This document shows, piece by piece, positions 8,139 through 16,566 of a stretch of DNA of 64,000 bases (within the stretch, counting starts at the first letter, position 1; the number at the start of each line of letters is the position of its first letter). The DNA lies in the NCBI GenBank assembly GCA_041659325.1, contig JBAZYN010000001.1, positions 67,342 to 131,341 of the forward strand, written 5' to 3'. The notes beneath the pieces were generated by a model. The model had not been told where the DNA came from, made no database searches, and saw only the letters and a list, made by a program, of their open reading frames with translations. This DNA is from Candidatus Shapirobacteria bacterium (GTDB taxonomy: Bacteria; Patescibacteriota; Microgenomatia; UBA12405). The translations under genes were made by a program, and so were the position numbers.

Positions 8139-10238
8139 ATGATTGCAGACCTAAAATATATTATCTTGTGGTGGTTAACTATTTTTCTTCTGGGACTCGT
8201 TTCTTTACCCCTAATATTTTCAATTTTTAAAAACTTTTGGGACAAGGGGTATGCCTTTTGCAAAACATTATCGCTTATAGCTCTAACCTATCTGGTTTTG
8301 GTTTTAAGCATATTCAAGTTTCTTCCGTTTACCAACCAGTCCCTGCTAACCATTATTTCCATTGGTCTCCTGGCAGACTATTTGTATTTAAAAAATAGAA
8401 ACAACCGCGATACCTTTGTCGCCCTGGTTAAAAGCAATTACAAAACTTTTATCGCCGAGGAGCTAATTTTTTTGTTAATTTTAACCCTGTGGTCTTTTGT
8501 CAGAGGTTTTGCTCCCGATATCGAGGGCTTAGAAAAATTTATGGATTGGGGATTTGTCAATTCTGCCCTAAGAAGCACTTATTTACCACCCGCCGACATG
8601 TGGTTTTCCGGAGAATACATCAATTATTACTATTTTGGCCACCTGATGTCGGCAGTTCTCACCAAGCTGTCCTACATTCCCTCTACCATCACCTACAACC
8701 TGTCTATAGCCTCAATTTGTGCCCTGACATTCATCAGCAGTTTTAGTCTTTCTTCCAATTTGGTTTATAACTTTTTTAAAAAAAATCTTTCCTTTAGATC
8801 CGTCTTGGTTGCTGGCATGATTTCTGGTCTACTGTTAACTTTCGGCGGAAATTTCCATTCCGTCTACAAAATCTCCAAAATAAACAAAAGCCAAAATGAT
8901 GGAGTCTTAACCCTGACTCTAGAGGCGATCAAAAAAGCTGCCGATTCTTATTGGTATCCCGATGCCACCAGATTTATTGGCTACGATCCCGAAACCAAAG
9001 ACAAAACCATTCACGAATTTCCTATTTATAGCTATGTCGTGGCGGATCTTCACGGTCATATGAGCGATATCCCTACGGTTCTATTTTTCATGGCCTTCAT
9101 TTTTGCCATGTCCATGGAAATTATTGCTTTCCCGTATCTCAAACTAATCGTTCCCTGTGGTCTGATTTTGTCCATATGTTATATGACCAACGCCTGGGAT
9201 TTTGCCGTCTACGGCCTGCTTTTTGGTATTTTTTATCTTTTAAAAAATTGTAAGGAAACCGGTTTGTGGAGCGGGATAGTCAAAACTTTTAGTAGCGGTA
9301 TTGGTGTCATCCTCTTCTGGTATCTATTTACTCTGCCATTTTCTTTAAACTTTATTCCCATGGCCGAAGGGCTCAAGCTGTCCGATGCCAGGTCACCCTT
9401 ATTTCAACTCTTTATTCTTTACGGAGGTTTTTGGATAATAACTGCTCCGCTAATGGCTTTTTATCTTTTCCGCAAAAATGAAAAATCCAAAAAAATAGAC
9501 ATACCACCTGTCGACATTTTTATTATCGCCCTGGTGGTTACTGCAACTATTTTGGTAATTATTCCCGAAATTGGCTATATAAAAGATATCTATATTTATG
9601 AACATAGACGATCAAATACCATGTTCAAATTGGTATATCAGGCTTTTATGATGTACTCTTTGGCTTCCGGATTCGCCCTCATCAGAATCGGTCAAATTAA
9701 ATCCTCCTGGAAAGTTTTGTACAAAATTGCCTTCTTAATCGTATTTATAATTCACATGATATACCCGTTTTTTGCTGTCCGATCTTATTATGGTCTAAAG
9801 GAATACAAAGGTCTTTGGGGCCTGACATTTCTTAAAAATGCTAACCCCGATAATTTAGAGGCCGTTAATTGGATTAACAAAAATATCAAAGGTCAGCCGG
9901 TTATGGTTGAAGCAGTCGGTGATAGCTACACCATGTTCAACCAAATCTCCATGGCCACCGGTCTCCCTACTATCGAGGGGTGGATCGTCCATGAGTGGTT
10001 GTGGCGGGGTGGATACGAAAAACCGTCACTCCGGCAGACAGATGTCCAAAAACTATATGAAGGGGAAACTCTGGATGAAGTCAGATCAGTCTTACAAAAA
10101 TATAGTGTCGATTACATTTTTGTCGGCGACAAGGAATACGAAAAATACCCAAAAATTAATGAAAAGAACTTCACGGATATAGGGGCAACTATCGTCGCTC
10201 AGTTTGGTAAAACAAAAATATACAAAGTTCTCAAGTAA
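8139..10238 (+). CDS. Chlor_Arch_YYY / DUF2298-like membrane protein (probable GT-C superfamily)
   Basis: EKFMD, INYYYFGH, TIHEFP, DLHGH, NAWDF, RSNTMFK, GWIVHEWLWR. Confidence 0.85.
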   Translation: MIADLKYIILWWLTIFLLGLVSLPLIFSIFKNFWDKGYAFCKTLSLIALTYLVLVLSIFKFLPFTNQSLLTIISIGLLADYLYLKNRNNRDTFVALVKSNYKTFIAEELIFLLILTLWSFVRGFAPDIEGLEKFMDWGFVNSALRSTYLPPADMWFSGEYINYYYFGHLMSAVLTKLSYIPSTITYNLSIASICALTFISSFSLSSNLVYNFFKKNLSFRSVLVAGMISGLLLTFGGNFHSVYKISKINKSQNDGVLTLTLEAIKKAADSYWYPDATRFIGYDPETKDKTIHEFPIYSYVVADLHGHMSDIPTVLFFMAFIFAMSMEIIAFPYLKLIVPCGLILSICYMTNAWDFAVYGLLFGIFYLLKNCKETGLWSGIVKTFSSGIGVILFWYLFTLPFSLNFIPMAEGLKLSDARSPLFQLFILYGGFWIITAPLMAFYLFRKNEKSKKIDIPPVDIFIIALVVTATILVIIPEIGYIKDIYIYEHRRSNTMFKLVYQAFMMYSLASGFALIRIGQIKSSWKVLYKIAFLIVFIIHMIYPFFAVRSYYGLKEYKGLWGLTFLKNANPDNLEAVNWINKNIKGQPVMVEAVGDSYTMFNQISMATGLPTIEGWIVHEWLWRGGYEKPSLRQTDVQKLYEGETLDEVRSVLQKYSVDYIFVGDKEYEKYPKINEKNFTDIGATIVAQFGKTKIYKVLK

Positions 10239-10291
10239 TCTCAATTTGACTTGTTTATATTTATCGGTGTTTCTTCTATAGTTGTATATCC

Positions 10292-12172
10292 ATGAATGAC
10301 ATATTATGCGGACTAAATCCGGCCCAAAAAGAAGCGGTGACTTATTCGGGCAGTCCGCTTTTATTGCTGGCCGGGGCCGGTTCCGGCAAAACCAGGGTGT
10401 TAACCCATCGTGCCGCCTACCTTATCAAAACTTCGGCCGCCCAAACATCAGAGATACTCCTGCTAACTTTTACCAACAAAGCTGCAGACGAGATGAAGCA
10501 ACGGATGGGCCGTTTAATTGGTTCAAAAAACAATGGATTATTCGCCGGCACTTTTCATTCATTTTGTTGTCGGGTATTGAGAGCAGACGGCTTACCGGTT
10601 GGTGTACCGCCTAATTTCAATATCTACGATACAGGCGATCAGGAAGATACCATCAGAAAGATCCTGCATGAGATGAATTTAACCCCAAAGGAGTTTAAAC
10701 CGGGCAATGTTCTCTACTACATTGGAGCTGCAAAAAATGATTTTCTCTCTCCAAAAGACATGGAGCTACAATCCTCCGGTTTTTGGCAAACTTACGCCGC
10801 AAAAATCTACGCCAAATATCAAAAAATATTATTCGAATCACACGCCCTTGATTTCGACGACCTCCTTTTCAAAACCGTCGAGCTTTTTTCCGGGCAACCC
10901 TCAATTCTTGAAAAATACCAGGACAAATACAAGTTTATCCTGGTCGACGAATACCAGGATACAAATCAAATTCAATATCTTTTGGCAAAATTATTAGCCC
11001 AAAAGTATCAACAAATCACTGCCGTGGGTGATGCATCACAGGCCATCTACGGCTGGCGTGGTGCTAATTACAAAAATCTGGTCAATTTTACTGTTGATTT
11101 CAAAGATACGAAAGTTATTAACTTAGAACAAAATTACCGTTCCACAAAAATTATCTTAGAGGCCGCTAATTCAATTATTTCCAAAAATAATTCCCACCCG
11201 GTCTTAAAGCTTTTTACCGAAAAAAAGTCATCAGACAAAATAAAACTATTTACCGCAGACTCAGAGATCAGCGAAGCAGAATATGTTTCCTCAAAAATTA
11301 AATTCATTTACGATAACTACAAAATTCCCTACAAAAATATTGCTGTTCTTTATCGCATGAATGCCCAGTCTCGGGTGTTAGAGGAAACTTTTATCAAGTC
11401 CAACATCCCCTACGTTTTAGTGGGAGGTCTTCGCTTCTACGACAGAGCCGAGGTCAAAGATATTATCGCCATGCTCCGTTTTGCCAATGATCAGGCCGAT
11501 ATTATATCTCTTGATCGGGTTGAAAAAGCCCTGGGCAAAAGAAGGTTGGAAACCTTTAAGGCTCTTCTCCGGTCCATTGATCTTCAGTCGGCAAATTCAC
11601 TTCAGATTTTCGAATCCCTGGTTATCGGGTCTGATTACTTAAAACATTTTGATCCAAAAGATGAAGAAGATCAAAAAAGAATCGAAAATATTAAAGAACT
11701 AAAATCAGTCGCCGCCTCTTTTCCGAAACTTACTACCTTTCTGGAAAATGTTGCCCTGGTCCAAAACGAATATAGTCAGCAGGAAAAAAGCAAGAAATCC
11801 AAAGAGAATAGGGAAGGGGTGAGACTAATGACTCTTCATGGCTCAAAAGGTTTAGAGTTCGAAGTCGTCTTTCTGGTAGGTTTTGAAGAGGGGATTCTTC
11901 CTCATTCAAATTGCATGCTCGACGACTCACAGATAGAGGAGGAGCGCCGTCTTTGTTATGTGGGGATTACCCGGGCCAAGGATTATCTTCATATTTCCTA
12001 CGCCACCAGACGCTTATATTTCGGCAAGAGTAGCCTAAACGAACCAAGCCGATTTTTAGGTGAAATCCCCCAAAAACTAATAGAAATCGAAGAATCAGGC
12101 GAAATTACCCGTGACTATCGGCACCCAAAAAGCGATAGCGAAGAATTTATCTATGACCCTGATATATACTAA
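10292..12172 (+). CDS. pcrA: ATP-dependent DNA helicase PcrA/UvrD
   Basis: AGAGSGKT, VDEYQD, QAIYGWRGA, QNYRS, MTLHGSKGLEF, EEERRLCYVGITRA. Confidence 0.95.
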   Translation: MNDILCGLNPAQKEAVTYSGSPLLLLAGAGSGKTRVLTHRAAYLIKTSAAQTSEILLLTFTNKAADEMKQRMGRLIGSKNNGLFAGTFHSFCCRVLRADGLPVGVPPNFNIYDTGDQEDTIRKILHEMNLTPKEFKPGNVLYYIGAAKNDFLSPKDMELQSSGFWQTYAAKIYAKYQKILFESHALDFDDLLFKTVELFSGQPSILEKYQDKYKFILVDEYQDTNQIQYLLAKLLAQKYQQITAVGDASQAIYGWRGANYKNLVNFTVDFKDTKVINLEQNYRSTKIILEAANSIISKNNSHPVLKLFTEKKSSDKIKLFTADSEISEAEYVSSKIKFIYDNYKIPYKNIAVLYRMNAQSRVLEETFIKSNIPYVLVGGLRFYDRAEVKDIIAMLRFANDQADIISLDRVEKALGKRRLETFKALLRSIDLQSANSLQIFESLVIGSDYLKHFDPKDEEDQKRIENIKELKSVAASFPKLTTFLENVALVQNEYSQQEKSKKSKENREGVRLMTLHGSKGLEFEVVFLVGFEEGILPHSNCMLDDSQIEEERRLCYVGITRAKDYLHISYATRRLYFGKSSLNEPSRFLGEIPQKLIEIEESGEITRDYRHPKSDSEEFIYDPDIY

Positions 12173-12181
12173 ACATAAGTT

Positions 12182-13219
12182 ATGATCACCAGAATTTTAT
12201 ACAATCAGGAAAAAGATCAATACAACAAACTGGTTAAACATCCGGTCCAAAGTTGGGAATGGGGAGACTTCCAAATTTCTCAAGGCCACAAGGTATATAG
12301 GTTGGGGGTTTTTGACAATCAAAAAATGATCTCTGCTTATAGTATCAGTTTTCACACTATTCCCAAAACTCTATTCTCAGTCGGAACAGTCCTGAAAGGA
12401 CCAAAAATAGACCAAGAAATGGTTAACAATCTTAAAAAAATCGCCACTGATGAAAATGCCATATTTGTAAAACTTGAACCGGATTTTATCCAAAAAAAAT
12501 TCACCAGCGAGGGCAGTGAAACAGTCGCCTCTATGGACACTCGCTTCCCAAATCTTGTTGTATCCCCAAAGGTAGCTTTCTATCCGTATAGCTTCATGGT
12601 TGATCTGACAAAAACTGAGGATGCGCTCTTATATCAAATGCACTCCAAAACCCGATACAATATAAAAATTGCCAATAGACATGGTGTAAAGATAGAAGAA
12701 AACAGTACTGATGCCGGATTTGAAACATATCTTGAGTTGCTTTTTGACACCACCGCCCGCCAAGGGTTTTATCTTCATAGCCAACAGTATCATCGGGATC
12801 TTTGGAAACTTCTCAAACCAACCGGAATCCCTCACATATTTTTGGCTTCATATCAGGGGGAGACATTAAGTGCTTTTATGCTTTTTATCTACAAGGATAA
12901 TTTGTTTTATCCCTACGGCGCTTCTCTTGATCAATACCGGGAGGTCATGGCCCCGACACTACTGATGTGGGAATCAATAAAGTTTGGAAAAAGTATGGGT
13001 CTAAAAAATTTTGACATGTGGGGAAGTCTTGGCCCGGACGCAAAAGAGGGAGATCAGGGGTTTGGTTTCCATCGGTTCAAACAGGGCTTTGGCGGTCAAC
13101 TCGTTCAATTTGCCGGAACTTATGATTTAGTTATCAATCAGCCTCTATATACTATTTATAATCTTGCCGACAAATATCGGTGGAAATTTCTCCGTTTAAA
13201 ATCAAAGTTTATAAGATAA
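12182..13219 (+). CDS. FemABX-family peptidoglycan interpeptide-bridge aminoacyltransferase
   Basis: HPVQSWEWGDF, KTRYNIKIA, YPYGAS, FDMWG, GFHRFKQGFGG. Confidence 0.9.
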   Translation: MITRILYNQEKDQYNKLVKHPVQSWEWGDFQISQGHKVYRLGVFDNQKMISAYSISFHTIPKTLFSVGTVLKGPKIDQEMVNNLKKIATDENAIFVKLEPDFIQKKFTSEGSETVASMDTRFPNLVVSPKVAFYPYSFMVDLTKTEDALLYQMHSKTRYNIKIANRHGVKIEENSTDAGFETYLELLFDTTARQGFYLHSQQYHRDLWKLLKPTGIPHIFLASYQGETLSAFMLFIYKDNLFYPYGASLDQYREVMAPTLLMWESIKFGKSMGLKNFDMWGSLGPDAKEGDQGFGFHRFKQGFGGQLVQFAGTYDLVINQPLYTIYNLADKYRWKFLRLKSKFIR

Positions 13220-13227
13220 AATACACC

Positions 13228-13557
13228 ATGTCTTCCGTAAAGATCACTGTAGATACTCTCGACCATATCGCTCACTTGGCCCGTATTAGTTTGACCGACA
13301 CAGAGAGGGAACTGTTTTTGCCCCAGTTGTCTTCCATTCTTGAATATGTGGAAGTTCTTCAAAAAGTTGACACTTCAAATATCAATGCTTCCTCCCAAAT
13401 CACCAACCTAAAAAACATTACCCGACCAGATGAGGTTAAGCCTTCACTCTCTCAATCCGAGGTTTTGTCTCAATCACCCAAATCAAACGACGGCTATTTT
13501 CAGGTTCACAACACTATCCCCGCCAAAGGCGGGTCCGCCTCTGGAGGAAAAAAATGA
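13228..13557 (+). CDS. gatC: Asp/Glu-tRNA amidotransferase subunit C
   Basis: HIAHLARI, ILEYVEVL, RPDEV, GYFQV; precedes gatA. ATG 13228 lies 5 nt after TAAAAT. Confidence 0.9.
   Translation: MSSVKITVDTLDHIAHLARISLTDTERELFLPQLSSILEYVEVLQKVDTSNINASSQITNLKNITRPDEVKPSLSQSEVLSQSPKSNDGYFQVHNTIPAKGGSASGGKK
13519..13548. repeat. 30-bp twin-hairpin palindromic element within the gatC 3' end
   Basis: CCCGCC-AAA-GGCGGG followed by TCCGCC-TCT-GGAGGA (one mismatch); encodes PAKGGSASGG. Confidence 0.75.
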
Positions 13558-15023
13558 CTCCTGATTTAACCGCACTCACTATTCCGGAAATTAAGAAACT
13601 TTTAACTGAAAAACAAGTCACGGCTGGTGAAATTGTATCTACCTATCTCCAAAGGATTAAGACCTTCAATCCCAAAATTAACGCTTTCATCACTGTCACT
13701 GAAAAAGAAGCCACGGATCAGGCAAAAATCATTGATGAAAAAATAAGTAAAAATCAGTCGGTTGGTAAGTTAGCCGGTGCTGTCATGGCAGTAAAAGATA
13801 TATATTTGACAAAGGGTGTAGAGACGACTGCCGGATCAAAAATCTTAAAGGGTTATATCCCCCAATACTCCTCCACGATTTATCAAAAATTGATAAATGA
13901 AGATGCCATATTAATTGGTAAAACAAACACCGATTGTTTTGCTTTTGGAGGATCAACCGAAAACTCGGGTTATTTCACCACAAAAAATCCCTGGAACTTA
14001 TCACTTGTCCCCGGTGGTTCCTCGGGCGGTTCATCCGCCGCCCAGGCCGCTTCCCTTTGTACTTTCGCTCTTGGTACCGATACCGGAGGTTCTATTCGAC
14101 AACCTGCATCCCTATGTGGTGTTACCGGTATTAAGCCTACATATGGTCGCAATTCTCGCTATGGAATTACCTCCATGGCCGCGTCATTTGATTGTCCTGG
14201 AGCATTTGGTAAAAATGTTGAAGACGTAGCCGCGGTTACCCGAATTACCGCCGGACTGGATTCTTATGATGCCACTACCAGCCCCGACCCGGTGCCCGAT
14301 TATGTTAATAAACTTTCAAATTTTTCCCTAAAAGGACTTCGGATTGGTCTACCACGAGAGTATTTCTCCGAAAGCCTTGATCCTGAGGTTAAGGAAAACG
14401 TTTTAGGTGCCGCCAAAACTTTTGAGTCAAACGGCGCCAAAATTATCGACATTTCTTTACCAAGTACTTCACTGGGTTTAGCTGTTTACTACGTCCTGAT
14501 CCCTTCAGAAATTTCTTCAAATATGGCCCGTTATGACGGTATCCGTTTCGGTCAATCCAAAAAAGACACCACTGACCTTTTATCGCACTACATGGAAACC
14601 CGGGGCGAGTTTATGGAGCCGGAATTAAAAAGAAGAATACTAATCGGCACCTACGCCTTATCAGCCGGATATTTCGATGCCTATTACACTAAAGCTTCCA
14701 AGGTTCGGACATTAATAAAAAACGAGTTTATTGATAATTTTTCAAAAGTTGATGTTATCCTGGCTCCGGTTTCTCCTACCACCGCCTGGCCAATCGGTCA
14801 AAAGGTCAACCACCCTCTTCAGATGTATTTAGCGGATGTCTACACCTGTTGCATCAACGTTGCCGGTGTTCCTGCATTGGCCCTTCCGTGCGGTTTTGAT
14901 TCCCAAAATCTGCCAATTGGTTTTCAGCTGATTGGCAACTATTTCGAAGAATCAAAATTATTTTCCATCGGCCATCAATATCAGCAATTAACCGATTATC
15001 ATTTAAAAACACCAAATTTATAA
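13554..15023 (+). CDS. gatA: Asp/Glu-tRNA amidotransferase subunit A
   Basis: Amidase signature PGGSSGGS, GTDTGGSIRQPA, NMARYDG, RRILIGT. Confidence 0.97.
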   Translation: MTPDLTALTIPEIKKLLTEKQVTAGEIVSTYLQRIKTFNPKINAFITVTEKEATDQAKIIDEKISKNQSVGKLAGAVMAVKDIYLTKGVETTAGSKILKGYIPQYSSTIYQKLINEDAILIGKTNTDCFAFGGSTENSGYFTTKNPWNLSLVPGGSSGGSSAAQAASLCTFALGTDTGGSIRQPASLCGVTGIKPTYGRNSRYGITSMAASFDCPGAFGKNVEDVAAVTRITAGLDSYDATTSPDPVPDYVNKLSNFSLKGLRIGLPREYFSESLDPEVKENVLGAAKTFESNGAKIIDISLPSTSLGLAVYYVLIPSEISSNMARYDGIRFGQSKKDTTDLLSHYMETRGEFMEPELKRRILIGTYALSAGYFDAYYTKASKVRTLIKNEFIDNFSKVDVILAPVSPTTAWPIGQKVNHPLQMYLADVYTCCINVAGVPALALPCGFDSQNLPIGFQLIGNYFEESKLFSIGHQYQQLTDYHLKTPNL

Positions 15024-15026
15024 AAC

Positions 15027-15118
15027 GTCATTGCGAGGGGTCTATCCCCGCGGCAATCATAACAAGATCGCGGAGCCTGCCCCGAGAAACGAGAAATCGT
15101 TTGTCTCGCCGCATTGAC
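15027..15118. repeat. Intergenic REP/RPE-like composite palindrome
   Basis: Terminal inverted repeats GTCATTGCG...CGCATTGAC (1 mismatch) enclosing two internal hairpins. Confidence 0.7.
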
Positions 15119-15132
15119 AATTTACACCAAAA

Positions 15133-16566
15133 ATGAAAACTACCCCCATAATCGGCCTTGAAGCCCACGTCGAACTAAAAACTAAATCAAAAATGTTTTG
15201 TGGCTGCGATGACAACCATTTTCATGTTGACCCCAATACTCACACTTGTCCGGTATGTCTTGGTCTCCCGGGGGCTCTCCCGGTTCCAAATGGAACCGCC
15301 ATCGATTGGTGTCTTAAGCTCGGCCTGGCTCTTGGCTGCACCGTCAACGAACATTCTTTTTTTGAGCGAAAAAATTACTTCTATCCGGATCTTTCAAAGG
15401 GTTATCAAATCTCCCAATACTTACAGCCTTTTACTGTAAAAGGTACCCTAAATTTAGACGGCCACGAAATCAGAATCAACCGGGCTCACCTGGAAGAAGA
15501 CACCGGCAAGTCAGTTCATGTAAACGGAACCACCTTGCTCGATTTCAATCGCTCAGGCGTTCCGTTGGTTGAGGTTGTCTCCGAGCCGGACATAACTTCC
15601 CCCCAAGAAGCCAAAAAATACTTAGTTAAATTGCAGCAAATTATTCGGTATTTAGGAATCTCCGATGCGGACATTGAAAAGGGGAGTATGCGCTGCGAGC
15701 CAACCGTCAATTTGAAAATCGAAGAAAATAGCGAGACTTACTATACCCCTCTTGTAGAAATTAAAAACGTCGCCTCCTTAACCGGCGTTCAGACTGCCAT
15801 TCAGTTTGAAATTGATCGTCAACAAAAACAATTTTTTGAAGATCATATTGTAAAGAATCCTTCTAACAAGACCACTAGAGGTTGGGACGCTGATAAAAAC
15901 CAAACTTTTTTGCAACGCGAAAAAGAGGGTTCTTCCGACTATCGTTATTTTCCTGAGCCCGATATTCCGCCCTTTGAGTTTACCGATGAAGAAATTGAAA
16001 AAATCAAATCCACCATTCCCGAACTTCCGGATCAAAAAGTTATCAAATACAAAAGCTACGGTCTTTCCGATTATGACGCCAATTTAATATCTCAGGATTC
16101 ACTTATGGCCTCGGCCTACGAAAAAGCAGTTGGACAAAACCCACTGTCGGAATTTGCCAAATTTGTTGCCAACCTATTTTCCGGATCCATTAAAACTCTT
16201 TTAAACGATAGTCAAACAGAAATCGATATTCAGCAAATTAACCCTGACCACTTTCAAAAATTATTTGACAAAAAATCTGAATTATCTTCAAACTCTATTA
16301 AGCAATTAATACTTGATAGTTATCAAACCGGTCAAGACCCGCTCTTTGCCGCCCAAAAACAAAATCTTTTTCAGGTTTCCGATACCGGAAAAATTGAAGA
16401 ATTAGCCAAAAAAGTTTTGGCCGACAACCCAAAAGCAGTTGAGGATTATAAAAAAAATCCCAACAGTATTGGTTTTCTCGTTGGCCAGTTAATGAAACTA
16501 TCTATGGGCTCCGCCAATCCCCAAATGGCAAAAGAAATTTTAGAAAAATTACTTAATAGTGACTGA
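15133..16566 (+). CDS. gatB: Asp/Glu-tRNA amidotransferase subunit B
   Basis: IGLEAHVEL, CPVCLGLPGALP, RKNYFYPDL, HLEEDTGK, DYRYFPEPD. Confidence 0.98.
   Translation: MKTTPIIGLEAHVELKTKSKMFCGCDDNHFHVDPNTHTCPVCLGLPGALPVPNGTAIDWCLKLGLALGCTVNEHSFFERKNYFYPDLSKGYQISQYLQPFTVKGTLNLDGHEIRINRAHLEEDTGKSVHVNGTTLLDFNRSGVPLVEVVSEPDITSPQEAKKYLVKLQQIIRYLGISDADIEKGSMRCEPTVNLKIEENSETYYTPLVEIKNVASLTGVQTAIQFEIDRQQKQFFEDHIVKNPSNKTTRGWDADKNQTFLQREKEGSSDYRYFPEPDIPPFEFTDEEIEKIKSTIPELPDQKVIKYKSYGLSDYDANLISQDSLMASAYEKAVGQNPLSEFAKFVANLFSGSIKTLLNDSQTEIDIQQINPDHFQKLFDKKSELSSNSIKQLILDSYQTGQDPLFAAQKQNLFQVSDTGKIEELAKKVLADNPKAVEDYKKNPNSIGFLVGQLMKLSMGSANPQMAKEILEKLLNSD

Noticed and set aside
13180-13227. ORF-track N-terminal extensions (gatC 13180, helicase 18289, proS 36265, rmlD 60770, phosphatase 63021)
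   Set aside because: They overlap upstream genes or run through -10 boxes (read as CYN/KYN); downstream starts fit better.
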